In this document: positions 28,693 through 37,973 of the stretch, piece by piece
Layout of the letters: every line of letters begins with the position of its first letter
Numbering within the stretch: the stretch's first letter is position 1
From: an uncultured delta proteobacterium
GTDB lineage: Bacteria > Myxococcota > UBA727 > VGSZ01
Reading direction: 5' to 3'
Assembly: GCA_963775425.1 (NCBI GenBank)
Contig: CAVZJB010000016.1
Location: forward strand, 640,001 to 704,000
Length of the DNA: 64,000 bases
Made by a program: the position numbers and the translations under genes
The notes under the pieces: model-generated
The model's input: only the letters and a program-made list of their open reading frames with translations
What the model was told of the DNA's origin: nothing
The model's database searches: none

Positions 28693-30225
28693 TCAAGCGC
28701 GGCGGCGGCGGCGACGGCAGGCGATGAGGAACATCAAGCACGCCACCGGGACGCCCGCGGGCTTCGCGGCCGCGCAGCCGCCGGCCTCGCCTGCGTCGCT
28801 GCCGGCGTCACTGCCGGCGTCTCCCTGATCGGCGGGGACGTGATGCAGTCCACCGGCCCCGGGGGCGCCGTCGTCGGCCGCGCCCGTGTCGCCGCCGTTC
28901 GCCGGGTCGGTGGCGCCGTCGTCGGCCGCGGGGTCGCTCGCCGCGTCGCCGGCAGGGTCGGTCGACGGGGCGCTGGAGGCGTCGTTCGCGGGGTCGCCGG
29001 CGGGGTCGGTGGCGCTGTCGTTGGAGGGATCGTTTTCCGGGTCGGTCGCCGTGTCGTTCGAGCCCTCCGGCGAGGTCACGGCGCCTTCGCCTTCGCCCTC
29101 GCCCTCGCCGGCCGGCGCCGGGAGCGCGTCGAACGTGGCGTCGATGTGCAGCGCGCCCGAGACGGTGACGGAGGCGGTGTCGCCGTCGACGAGGGTGCCG
29201 TTCACGCGCATCTCGACGAGCTCGTTGCCGGGCGCGGGGACGGCGGCGAAGGTGACCTCAGTGCGGTCGGCGTAGGTGTTCCCCACGGACGGCACCGACG
29301 CGACGATGCTGCCCGCGCCGGTGACGGTCTGCGAGTACAGGAAGCGCGGCGGTGCGAAGGTGTGGAAGTGCTGGATGGCGCCGGCGGTGACCGAGGCGCT
29401 TCCGTCCATCTGGTACGAGAAGCGGAAGTCGTAGTCGGTGTCGGGCAGGAGGTCCTCGAGCTGCTCGTCGACGTTGTTCTCGAACTGGTCGGCGTCGAGG
29501 TGGGCCTGGTCGACGACGGCGAGGTGCTCGTTCGCCGGCGCCACCTCGAGGCGCACCGTGCCCGCGTTGAAGTGCGGGTCGACGTAGCCGTGCACGTGCG
29601 CGACGTAGGAGCCGAGGCCGGTGACCTCGAGGCCCGTGGGGTAGCTGACCGACGGCGGGTTCAAGAACACCGTCACCGGCACCGTGGGGTGAAGCGCGCT
29701 GCGCTGGAAGTCGAAGGCGGCGAAGTCCACGGAGCCGACGAGCTGCCCGGTGGACACCGCGCGGCCGCGCACGGGGATGTCGATCTGGAGCTGCTGCTGG
29801 TCGGGGATCTGCCACAGGCCGCTCGGCGCGTCGAAGATGAGCGTGCCGTCGGCGGCCACCTGCGTCGGCGCCGACGGGCAGGTGCGCTGCGTCATGTGGC
29901 CGGGCGCGCCCATGAAGCACTGGGTGGGCGTGGAGCCGGCGCCGGTGGTGGGCGCGAGCTCGAGGCCGGGCGGCAGCTTGAAGCCGGGGCGCACCGTGAG
30001 CGAGGTGCCGCAGGGCTGCGGGAACGCGAGGACGTTGATGTAGACGTAGAACACGTCGCCCTGCTTGGGCGACTGCGTGCCGGCGGCGTAGGCGGTGCCG
30101 ACGTTGGCGGCGACCACCATGGTCTCCGCGCTCGTGATGACCGAGAAGCAGCCTTCGCTGTCGACGTAGTTGCCTTCGACGAACTGGGTGGCGAGGCCGA
30201 GGGCGAGGAGGGGGGCGATGAACAT
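28693..30225 (-). CDS. surface protein with FN3-like and InlB-B-repeat-like domains, GE/acidic stalk and MYXO-CTERM-like tail
   Basis: LLPDTDYDFRF; GAGSI..YADRTEVTFAAVPAPG; GEGEGEGEG; DPA repeats; GGCAAA..LMFLIACRRRRRRA. Confidence 0.85.
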   Translation of the reverse strand: MFIAPLLALGLATQFVEGNYVDSEGCFSVITSAETMVVAANVGTAYAAGTQSPKQGDVFYVYINVLAFPQPCGTSLTVRPGFKLPPGLELAPTTGAGSTPTQCFMGAPGHMTQRTCPSAPTQVAADGTLIFDAPSGLWQIPDQQQLQIDIPVRGRAVSTGQLVGSVDFAAFDFQRSALHPTVPVTVFLNPPSVSYPTGLEVTGLGSYVAHVHGYVDPHFNAGTVRLEVAPANEHLAVVDQAHLDADQFENNVDEQLEDLLPDTDYDFRFSYQMDGSASVTAGAIQHFHTFAPPRFLYSQTVTGAGSIVASVPSVGNTYADRTEVTFAAVPAPGNELVEMRVNGTLVDGDTASVTVSGALHIDATFDALPAPAGEGEGEGEGAVTSPEGSNDTATDPENDPSNDSATDPAGDPANDASSAPSTDPAGDAASDPAADDGATDPANGGDTGAADDGAPGAGGLHHVPADQGDAGSDAGSDAGEAGGCAAAKPAGVPVACLMFLIACRRRRRRA

Positions 30226-30260
30226 GGCGGTGTTCTCCGTTCGGGTGGTGCGCGCAGGAA

Positions 30261-30276
30261 CGCAGGCCCCGTGCCG
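30261..30276 (-). promoter_or_regulatory. possible sigma-54 promoter
   Basis: CGGCACG-GGGC-CTGCG, GG-N10-GC, about 35 nt upstream of ATG 30225. Confidence 0.4.
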
Positions 30277-30354
30277 CGCCGCCGCCGCGTCCGGACGCGA
30301 AGCTTCCCCCTCGGCCCCGTTCCAGGGTGAAACGCCGTTCCTCCGGAACGCGGC

Positions 30355-31449
30355 TCAGGCCCAGACGCCGGCCGCCGCTTCGCCCTGCCCGGGCCCGCAC
30401 GGCAGGTCGCGCCCCTCGGCGCGCAGGACGCGGCGCGCCTCGAGCAGGCACCGTGCCGCGTCGGAGCTCGGCTCCACCTGACCGGTGTGGGCGTGCACCG
30501 CGTCGACGACCGCCAGCGGCAAGCCCCACATGCCGAGGAGGTACGCGCCGACCTCCGCGTGACACGCCCCGTAGCGCGCGCGCTCCTCGTCGCAGCTCCG
30601 CTCCCGCCGGAGCCCGCTGTCACCGGGGAACGCGTGCTGCAGCACGAGCCACCCCACCTCCTGCAGGAGCGCCGCCCACGACGCGTCGCGCGCGGTCTCC
30701 CGCGTGCCGGCGAGGGCCCTCCCCACGCGCGCGGCGTCGACGCAGCTCGCCTCCACCTCCGCGATGGCCGCGGCGTTGTTGTCCGAGCGCATGAGGTCGA
30801 ACATCGACGAGCAGAGCAGGAGGCCCCGCGCGAAGTCGAGCCCCAACACCCCGAGCGCCCCCTCGACGTCACAGGACCGCGCCGCGGAGCCGACATAGTC
30901 CGACGTGGCGATCTGAAGGAGCTTCGCGCACATCGCGGGCGAGCGCTCGACGATCTGCGCCAGCGCAGCCGCGGAGAGGGTCGGCTGGCCGATGAGCGTC
31001 GTCAGGCGCTGGTACTCCCTCTCGAGCATCGGGACGCTGCTCAGCCCGCCGACGATGGTGCGGAGGCGCTCGTCGGTGAGCACGCGCCGCTGACGGGCGG
31101 CGCGCTCGATGGTGCGCTCGAGCGTGGCGCCGTCGCAGGGCTTGCTGAGGAACTGGTGCGCCACCATGAACGCCTTGGCCATGGACTCGTTCTCGGAGTG
31201 CCCGCTCAGGATGATGCGGATGATGCCCGGCGCCCGCTCCTTCACCGCCGCCAGCAGCTCGACGCCGCTCATCCCCGGCATGCGCATGTCGCTGATGATG
31301 ATGTCGAAGGGCGCCCGCGCGATCTCGGCGAGGGCGGCGTCGGCGCCGCACGCGAAGACCATGTCCCACTCCGCGCGACGCCGGCGCAGGACGTTCTTGA
31401 GCCCGCGCAGGACCATCTCCTCGTCGTCGACGAACAGCACACGAATCAT
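30355..31449 (-). CDS. response regulator with HDOD domain
   Basis: RVLFVDDE, SDMRMPGMSG, HQFLSKP; HAEVGAYLLGMWGLP. Confidence 0.92.
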   Translation of the reverse strand: MIRVLFVDDEEMVLRGLKNVLRRRRAEWDMVFACGADAALAEIARAPFDIIISDMRMPGMSGVELLAAVKERAPGIIRIILSGHSENESMAKAFMVAHQFLSKPCDGATLERTIERAARQRRVLTDERLRTIVGGLSSVPMLEREYQRLTTLIGQPTLSAAALAQIVERSPAMCAKLLQIATSDYVGSAARSCDVEGALGVLGLDFARGLLLCSSMFDLMRSDNNAAAIAEVEASCVDAARVGRALAGTRETARDASWAALLQEVGWLVLQHAFPGDSGLRRERSCDEERARYGACHAEVGAYLLGMWGLPLAVVDAVHAHTGQVEPSSDAARCLLEARRVLRAEGRDLPCGPGQGEAAAGVWA

Positions 31450-33770
31450 GCCGCTCTCCTCTCGATGCTCTGCGCCGGCAAGCGCACGTGGAACGTGGTC
31501 CCCGCTCCCGCGGCGGTCTCGAAGGTGATCGTGCCCCCGTGCTTCTCGACCACGGCCTTGGCGATGGCGAGCCCCTGGCCGGTCCCGCGGCCGACGCTCT
31601 TCGTGGTGAAGAAGGGCTCGAAGATGCGCGGCTGCACGGCGTCGGGGATCCCGGTGCCGGTGTCCGCGATGGAGACGACGACCGCTTCTCCGTCGAACAC
31701 CGTGGACACGCGAATGGTGCCGCGTGGTCGCTCGCCGCCCGGCGCCGCGCTGTCGGCGATGGCGTGGGCGGCGTTCACGAGCAGGTTCAGGAAGACCTGG
31801 TTGATCTCGCCTGCGTTGCACGGGACCAGGGGGACGTCGCCGGCGACGCGCTCGACGTCGGCAACGTACTTGATCTCGTTGTGCGCGATCGTGATGGTGG
31901 AGTCGAGCTCCTCGTTCAGGTCGACGAGCTTGCGCTGTTCGCCGTCGGGGTGAGCGAAGCGCTTCACGGAGCGCACGATCTCGGCGACGCGCTCGAGGCC
32001 CTTGAGCGCCGTGTCGGTGGCGCCGGGGATGTTCTCGATGATGTACTCGACGTCGCAGTCGGCGCGCGTGCGCACCGCCGCGGCCATCGCCGCGTCGCGC
32101 TCCTCGCCGGTGCGGCTCGCGAGCAGGGCGTCGTCGGCGACGACGGTGGTGCTGAGATCGGTGAACGCGTCGCGCAAGAACGTCACGGTGTCCATCACGA
32201 ACTGGATGGGTGTGTTGATCTCGTGGGCGATGCCGGCGGCGAGCCGGCCGATGGCTTCGAGCTTCTGCGCGCTGCGCAGCTCCGCCTCCATCATCAAGCG
32301 ATCGGTGACGTCGTCGGCCACGATGACGAGCGCCGACGCGTCCCGCAGCAGCGTCGCGCTCAGCTTCAGGCGGCGGTGGCCCTTGGGCAGCACGGCCTCG
32401 CCGTCGAGGCGGAGCGGCTCCGGCGCGCTCGCGGCCGTGCGCGCCCAGAGCTCTTCGAACGTGGTGCCGGCGAGCAGGGCCGCGACGTCCGGCGTGTCCG
32501 TGTCGGGGAAGAGCGTCCTTCCGACCTCGTTCATCATCGTGATGCGCCCCGCCCGGTCTGCGACGACCAGCACCTCGCCCATGGAGTGGACCACGTCCTC
32601 GAGGTTCGCGCGCGCCGTCATCGCCGCGCGCAACGAGCCCTCGGCGCGCGCCCGGCTCTCGTCGAGCGCCTCCGCCATGCCGTTGAACGCGTCGGTGAGC
32701 AAGGCGATCTCCCGCTCGCCTTCGTCCTGCGGAGGGACGCGCGCGCTGTAGTCGCCCTTGCCGACGGACACCACTGCCCGCACGAGCGCGTTGATCGGGG
32801 AGGTCAGCTTGAGGAGGAGGGACCGCCCGATGAGCACGAACGCCACGAGGACGAGCAACGACGCGATCGCGATGGTGGCGATGCCGTAGACGAGGCCGGC
32901 GTCCATGATCTTCGCGGGGACGGCGAGGACGACGCGGGCGCCGGGGACCGTGTCCGACGCCGAGACGGCGTTCACGGCGACCGGCGCGGCGATGGCGTAG
33001 GCGGAGAAGCGATCCCCGGTGTCGAGCGGGACGGTGCCGAAGGTGTAGCCGCGGTACCCCGGGAGAACGAGCTTCACCTCGTCGAAGGAGATGTCCGGCG
33101 CCGCAAGCTCGAGGGTGTCCACCGCGGACGGCTCGACCAGCGGGATCTCGCGGCCGTCGCGATCGAGCGCGCTCGAGGCGACGACGCGCCCGTCGACGAC
33201 GAGCGCCGCCTCGGAGCCGGAGATGTGACTGAAGCGATCGATGTACTCGCGCCCGATGACGCGGCCGCCGAAGACGTGCCCTCCCCCGGCGGTGCGCGCG
33301 CCGGCGAAGAACGCGATGCCCCTCCCACAACGCGCGACCACGTGCGCAGGACGGGCGGGCAGGACCGCGCGCGGGCACTGCGGCGGCGCCGCCACGCGCG
33401 TGCCGTCGGCGGCGACGGCGACGATCAGCTCGCCGCGCGCGTTCAGGCGGTTGAGCGCAGCGGCCCTCTCGACGACGCCGGCGCCGTCGCCGGCGTCGAT
33501 GGCGGCGGCGACGACGGGGTCCGCGGCGAGATCGGCGGCGTCGGTCTCGAGGTGGTGGAAGTACTCCTCGTCGAGCTGCCGGCCCCCGTTCGCGAGCGAC
33601 CCGCGCAGCCACTCGAACGCCCCGCGCCGCGCTCCGTACGCGAAGACGGCCGTGGTGACGGCGAGCTGGGCGGTCGCCGCGAGCGCGAGCAGCCCCACGA
33701 TCAAGAGGACCGCCCGCCTCTGCAGGGACATCTTCGGACGGCGCGCGACGGCGGACGCTCTTTGGCGCAT
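31446..33770 (-). CDS. membrane sensor histidine kinase (HAMP-PAS-HisKA-HATPase)
   Basis: AAGIAHEINTP, NLLVNAAHAI, DTGTGI, FFTTK, GTGQGL; alternative start 33731. Confidence 0.93.
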   Translation of the reverse strand: MRQRASAVARRPKMSLQRRAVLLIVGLLALAATAQLAVTTAVFAYGARRGAFEWLRGSLANGGRQLDEEYFHHLETDAADLAADPVVAAAIDAGDGAGVVERAAALNRLNARGELIVAVAADGTRVAAPPQCPRAVLPARPAHVVARCGRGIAFFAGARTAGGGHVFGGRVIGREYIDRFSHISGSEAALVVDGRVVASSALDRDGREIPLVEPSAVDTLELAAPDISFDEVKLVLPGYRGYTFGTVPLDTGDRFSAYAIAAPVAVNAVSASDTVPGARVVLAVPAKIMDAGLVYGIATIAIASLLVLVAFVLIGRSLLLKLTSPINALVRAVVSVGKGDYSARVPPQDEGEREIALLTDAFNGMAEALDESRARAEGSLRAAMTARANLEDVVHSMGEVLVVADRAGRITMMNEVGRTLFPDTDTPDVAALLAGTTFEELWARTAASAPEPLRLDGEAVLPKGHRRLKLSATLLRDASALVIVADDVTDRLMMEAELRSAQKLEAIGRLAAGIAHEINTPIQFVMDTVTFLRDAFTDLSTTVVADDALLASRTGEERDAAMAAAVRTRADCDVEYIIENIPGATDTALKGLERVAEIVRSVKRFAHPDGEQRKLVDLNEELDSTITIAHNEIKYVADVERVAGDVPLVPCNAGEINQVFLNLLVNAAHAIADSAAPGGERPRGTIRVSTVFDGEAVVVSIADTGTGIPDAVQPRIFEPFFTTKSVGRGTGQGLAIAKAVVEKHGGTITFETAAGAGTTFHVRLPAQSIERRAA

Positions 33771-33879
33771 GAGACCTCCTCCCGATGCATCGCCGCTCTC
33801 CGGCGGGCCTGAAGGGGGCGCTCGGATCCGGCCCGCTTCAGTCCGGCGGCGCCGCGCCGTTGACGGGTGTGGAGGCGCG

Positions 33880-34233
33880 ATGCCCGACCCGAGACCCCGG
33901 ATCCTCGTCATCGACGACGAGCCTTTGATGCTCGAAGCGCTCAAGCGCGCGCTGCGCCGCGAGTTCGACATCGAGGTGTGCACATCGCCACAGGCGGGCC
34001 TGTCGCTCCTGCGGGAGCGCGCGTTCGCCGCGGTCATGTGCGACCTGCAGATGCCGGGGATGGACGGCTTCGACTTCCTCGACGCCGCGCGCAAGATCGC
34101 GCCGGGAACGCCGCAGCTCCTCTTCACCGGCACGCTCGACGAGGCCTTGCATATCGAGACGCCGTTCCGCCTGGTCGCCAAGCCGTGCCCGAACGACCGG
34201 CTCGCGCAGATCCTCCGCGACGTTACGGCGTGA
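33880..34233 (+). CDS. single-domain response regulator
   Basis: ILVIDDE, CDLQMPGMDG, AKP; GGAGG RBS. Confidence 0.88.
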   Translation: MPDPRPRILVIDDEPLMLEALKRALRREFDIEVCTSPQAGLSLLRERAFAAVMCDLQMPGMDGFDFLDAARKIAPGTPQLLFTGTLDEALHIETPFRLVAKPCPNDRLAQILRDVTA

Positions 34234-35647
34234 GCCCGCCGGCGCCGCGGCGTCGCGCGAGCACCTTCACGGGGCTCGAAGGGCGCACGGTCGCTATCAT
34301 CATCGGATCGATGCGCTGGCCCGGCACCATCCGCACGTCGAAGCGCTGCAGCATCATGGCGACGATGAGCACCGTCTCGAGCAGCGAGAAGTTGTTGCCG
34401 ATGCAGATGCGCTGACCGCCGGAAAACGGCAGGTAGCACCACGGGGGACGCGCGCGCTTGTTGTCCTCGGTGAAGCGATCGGGGTCGAAGCGCTCCGGGT
34501 CCGTCCAGAAGTCGGGGTGGCGGTGCACCCCCCAGAAGAACGGCATCACGAAGTCGCCGGCGTGGATGCGCCGGCCGAGGATGACGTCGTCGGCGACGGC
34601 GGTGCGCACGTTCACGGCGACGGGCCCCCGCAGGCGCAGGGTCTCGTCGACCACGCGCCGCAAGAGGCCGAGCCTCGGGACGTCGTCGAACGCGGGGGCG
34701 CGCGCGCCGACGACGTCGTCGACCTCCTGCCGCATCCGCGCGACGAGATCGTCCTCGCCTTCGAGCAGGGTGAACATCCACGTCAGCGTCAACGCCGTGG
34801 TCTCGTGGCCCGCGACGAAGAGCGTGAAGACCTCGTCGCGCACCTCGCGATCCGTGAGCGGCGCGCCGGTGTCCGCGTCCACGCTCTGCAACAGCATGGT
34901 GAGGAGCGTGCCGTCGCCCTCCGGGTGCGCCGCCAGGCGTTTGCGCCCTGCGGCGATGACGCGCATGACGGCGCCCTCGAGCTCGTTCATCACGCGCCGC
35001 ATGCGCCGGTTGCCCGCCGTGGGGATCCACTCGGGCAGGCTGATGCCGTTGGCGCGGGAAGAGACGAGCTCGAGGGCGGCGCCGAGGGACTCGTAGGAGA
35101 CGTCACCGACGCCACCGAGGTCGCGGCCGAACAGCGCGCCGACGACGACGTCGAGCGCGAGCGCCACCATGTGACGGTGCGCGTCGATCTCGAGCGGCGC
35201 GCCGTCCTCGGGCAGCTCGGCGTGCAGCTTGTCGAGGAACGCCGCCGTGGTCTCCACCATGATGCGCGCCATGTCGGCGAGGGCCGCGCGGTGAAACGAC
35301 GGCTGCATCAGGCTGCGGCGCTTGCGCCACTCGTGGCCTTCGAGGGTCAGGACCCCGTTGCCGATGATGCGGCGGACGCCGTCGTAGGTGGAGCCCTTGA
35401 CGTAGTTTTTGCGGTTGTCGGCGAGCACGCGCGCGATGCCGAGCGGGTGCGCGACGCACACCGCCTTCATGCCCATGTTGACGCGAAAGACGTCGCCGTG
35501 GCCGCGCCACGCCTCCTCGAGGAACCCGATGGTCCCCTTCTTGCGGATCTCGGGGATGCTGCCGACGAGCGGCCAGCCGCGCGGCCCGGCGGGATCGCGG
35601 GGGCGGGCGGCGCGGGCGGCGATGACGTCCTCGGTGACGGCGACCAT
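34223..35647 (-). CDS. cytochrome P450
   Basis: AGHETT, ETLR, PERFDPDRF, FSGGQRICIG. Confidence 0.97.
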   Translation of the reverse strand: MVAVTEDVIAARAARPRDPAGPRGWPLVGSIPEIRKKGTIGFLEEAWRGHGDVFRVNMGMKAVCVAHPLGIARVLADNRKNYVKGSTYDGVRRIIGNGVLTLEGHEWRKRRSLMQPSFHRAALADMARIMVETTAAFLDKLHAELPEDGAPLEIDAHRHMVALALDVVVGALFGRDLGGVGDVSYESLGAALELVSSRANGISLPEWIPTAGNRRMRRVMNELEGAVMRVIAAGRKRLAAHPEGDGTLLTMLLQSVDADTGAPLTDREVRDEVFTLFVAGHETTALTLTWMFTLLEGEDDLVARMRQEVDDVVGARAPAFDDVPRLGLLRRVVDETLRLRGPVAVNVRTAVADDVILGRRIHAGDFVMPFFWGVHRHPDFWTDPERFDPDRFTEDNKRARPPWCYLPFSGGQRICIGNNFSLLETVLIVAMMLQRFDVRMVPGQRIDPMMIATVRPSSPVKVLARRRGAGGLTP

Positions 35648-35653
35648 GCCTCG

Positions 35654-35686
35654 AAGCTAGGGCTGGACTTGCCACTTGGCAAGTCC
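35654..35686 (-). promoter_or_regulatory. leaderless sigma-70 promoter of the P450 overlapped by a palindromic operator
   Basis: TTGCCA-17nt-TAGCTT-6nt-ATG; perfect IR GGACTTGCCA-CT-TGGCAAGTCC at 35665-35686. Confidence 0.75.
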
Positions 35687-35713
35687 GGCTGGGCGCCGCG
35701 AAGGTCGCTGCGC

Positions 35714-36358
35714 TCAGTCGAGGTGGCTGCCGCGGCGGATGAGGCGGATCGCCGCGTCGTTCACCCGGCGTCGCCACGCGGGATCTCCCCGGCCGCCGCC
35801 GTGGACGAGCGCACCGACGGTCAACAGGAGGCCGGCGATGGCGGTGACGTGGGCCTCGGCGTCGAAGTCGCTCAGCGCGGGATCCGCGGCGGCGCCCTCG
35901 GCCTCGACGATGTCGACGACGGCGCGCAGCCACGGGTCCGACTGCTCCTTGAGCCACGTGGTGGCGGCGCGCGGGTCGTCGAGGAGCTCGCGCAGGACGA
36001 AGCGGCACTCCTCGGGCGCCCGCTCCGTGAAACGCACCACGGCGTCGACGACGAGGCGGTAGCCCTCCATGGTCTGGCTCGTCAGGTCGCCGACGATCAC
36101 GGGGAAGAGCGCCCGCAGCCGCTCCGAGAGGAGCGCGTACACGGCCGCACGGAGCTGCTGCTTGGTGGGGAAGTGGTGCATGAGCGCCTGCTTGCTCATG
36201 CCGACGCGCTCGGCGACGTCCTGGATGCTCGTCGCGCCCACGCCGTGCTCCGCGAACGCGGTGAGCGCCGCGCCCACGATGCGCTCGCGCGGCGGCGCCG
36301 TGGGCGCAGGCGCGCGACGTCGCCGCGCGCGCTCCGGCCGGGGGCGTCGGGGCGTCAG
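35714..36358 (-). CDS. TetR/AcrR family regulator
   Basis: RERIVGAALTAFAEHGVGATSIQDVAERVGMSKQALMHHFPTK; probable CTG start. Confidence 0.92.
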   Translation of the reverse strand: MTPRRPRPERARRRRAPAPTAPPRERIVGAALTAFAEHGVGATSIQDVAERVGMSKQALMHHFPTKQQLRAAVYALLSERLRALFPVIVGDLTSQTMEGYRLVVDAVVRFTERAPEECRFVLRELLDDPRAATTWLKEQSDPWLRAVVDIVEAEGAAADPALSDFDAEAHVTAIAGLLLTVGALVHGGGRGDPAWRRRVNDAAIRLIRRGSHLD

Positions 36359-36927
36359 CGCTGGACCTCGCTCCAGCGAAAGCAGCCCACGAGGTGGTCG
36401 TTGACCATGCCCGTCGCCTGCATGTGCGCGTACACGACGGTGCTGCCGACGAAGCTGAAGCCGCGGGCGATGAGGTCCTTGCTGAACGCATCGGACTCCC
36501 GCGTCTTGGCCGGGATCTCCCGCGACGCGCGGCGCCGGTTCACCTTGGGCTTGTCGCCGACGAAGCGCCACGAGTAGCGCGCGAAGCTGCCGTGCTCCTC
36601 GCACACCGCCAGGAAGGCGCGCGCGTTCTTGACGGCGGCGACAATCTTCTGCCGGTTGCGGATGATGCCGGCGTTCTGCATGAGCTTCGCGATCCGGGGC
36701 TCGCCGTAGCGCGCGACCTTCTCGACGTCGAACCCGTCGAACGCGGCGCGGAAGCTCTCGCGCTTGTTGAGGACGGTGCTCCAGGACAGGCCCGCCTGCA
36801 TCCCCTCGAGGACGAGGAACTCGAAGAGCTTCTCGTCGTCGCGGAGCGGGACGCCCCACTCCTCGTCGTGGTAGGTGCGCATCAGGTCTGACGAGATCCA
36901 CGTGCAGCGCTTGCGGCCGTCGGTCAT
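36355..36927 (-). CDS. tag: DNA-3-methyladenine glycosylase I
   Basis: YHDEEWG, LEGMQAGLSW, IIRNRQKI, FVGST..MQATGMVNDH. Confidence 0.97.
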   Translation of the reverse strand: MTDGRKRCTWISSDLMRTYHDEEWGVPLRDDEKLFEFLVLEGMQAGLSWSTVLNKRESFRAAFDGFDVEKVARYGEPRIAKLMQNAGIIRNRQKIVAAVKNARAFLAVCEEHGSFARYSWRFVGDKPKVNRRRASREIPAKTRESDAFSKDLIARGFSFVGSTVVYAHMQATGMVNDHLVGCFRWSEVQR

Positions 36928-36970
36928 GCGCGAATCCTACCGCGGCGATGCTTCGGTGTAGCGTCGCTCC

Positions 36971-37582
36971 ATGGAACGCATCAAGGTTCAGCTCATCATC
37001 GGGAGCACGCGCAGGAACCGCTACGCCGACAAGCCGGCCGCCTGGGTCGTCGAGGAGCTGAAAGGCCGCGGCGACGTCGACGTCGAGATCGTGGACCTGC
37101 GCGACCACCCCCTGCCCTTCTACGACGAGCCCATCGCGCCCATGCGCGTCACCGACGGCGGCTACGAAAACGAGGAGGTGCGGCGCTTCGGCGCCCGCAT
37201 CGCCAAGGCCGACGCCTACGTCGTCACCGCCGCCGAGTACAACCACGGCTACACGGCGGTGCTCAAGAACGCCTTGGACTGCCTCTACCACGAGTGGACG
37301 CGCAAACCGGTCACGTTCGTCGGCTGGGGCGGCGCCAACGGCGCGCGCGCCATCGAGCAGTTGCGGCAGGTGGCCGTGGAGCTGCAGATGGCGCCCATCC
37401 AGCTCTCGGTGAACATCCCCCTCGACGTCTTCCTGGCCACGCGCAACGCCCCGGATCCCGCGGACCCGGCGCTGTGGGCACCGCTGCGGGACAAGGCGCA
37501 CCGCACCTTCGATCAGCTCGCGTGGTGGGCCCACGCGCTGCGCGCCGCGCGGCGAGCGAGCGACGCCGGGAGCGCCGCGTGA
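36971..37582 (+). CDS. NADPH-dependent FMN reductase
   Basis: GSTR, AEYNHGYTAVLKNALD, GARAIEQLR. Confidence 0.95.
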   Translation: MERIKVQLIIGSTRRNRYADKPAAWVVEELKGRGDVDVEIVDLRDHPLPFYDEPIAPMRVTDGGYENEEVRRFGARIAKADAYVVTAAEYNHGYTAVLKNALDCLYHEWTRKPVTFVGWGGANGARAIEQLRQVAVELQMAPIQLSVNIPLDVFLATRNAPDPADPALWAPLRDKAHRTFDQLAWWAHALRAARRASDAGSAA

Positions 37583-37758
37583 GGGAGCTCAGCGCGAACC
37601 CGCTCTACTTCCAGACGCGGCCCGCCGCGGGTGTCCCCGAGGAGGCCGAGCTGCTCGCCGCGGGGATGCTCACCGCCTGGGCCGCGTCGCGCATCGGGCT
37701 CGACGGCGGCCAGGTGTTGCGCGCGGGCAGCGTGGCCGGCGCCGGCCCAAGAGGCGGT

Positions 37759-37834
37759 TGGTGGGTCGGGCGGGACTTGAACCCGCGACCAACGGATTAA
37801 AAGTCCGCTGCTCTACCAACTGAGCTACCGACCC
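37759..37834 (-). tRNA. tRNA-Lys(TTT) with encoded CCA
   Basis: GGGTCGGTAGCTCAGTTGGTAGAGCAGCGGACTTTTAATCCG..GGTTCAAGTCC..CCCACCA. Confidence 0.98.
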
Positions 37835-37919
37835 GTGTTCCCCTCGTAGCCGCATCCGTCGCCCCTGCCAACGTGTCGCCAGACGAGCCCACCACGTCGG
37901 GGGCGCGGCGGCGGGCGCG

Positions 37920-37958
37920 GCGGAGCGGCGAGGCGGAGCGGCGAGGCGGAGCGGCGAG
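37920..37958. repeat. 13-bp tandem repeat x3
   Basis: GCGGAGCGGCGAG, three perfect copies. Confidence 0.9.
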
Positions 37959-37973
37959 GGACGAGCCCCCGCC

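Noticed and set aside
24932-37834. Genomic island between tRNA-Glu and tRNA-Lys
   Set aside because: No integrase, no duplicated tRNA 3' end seen, and codon usage looks native
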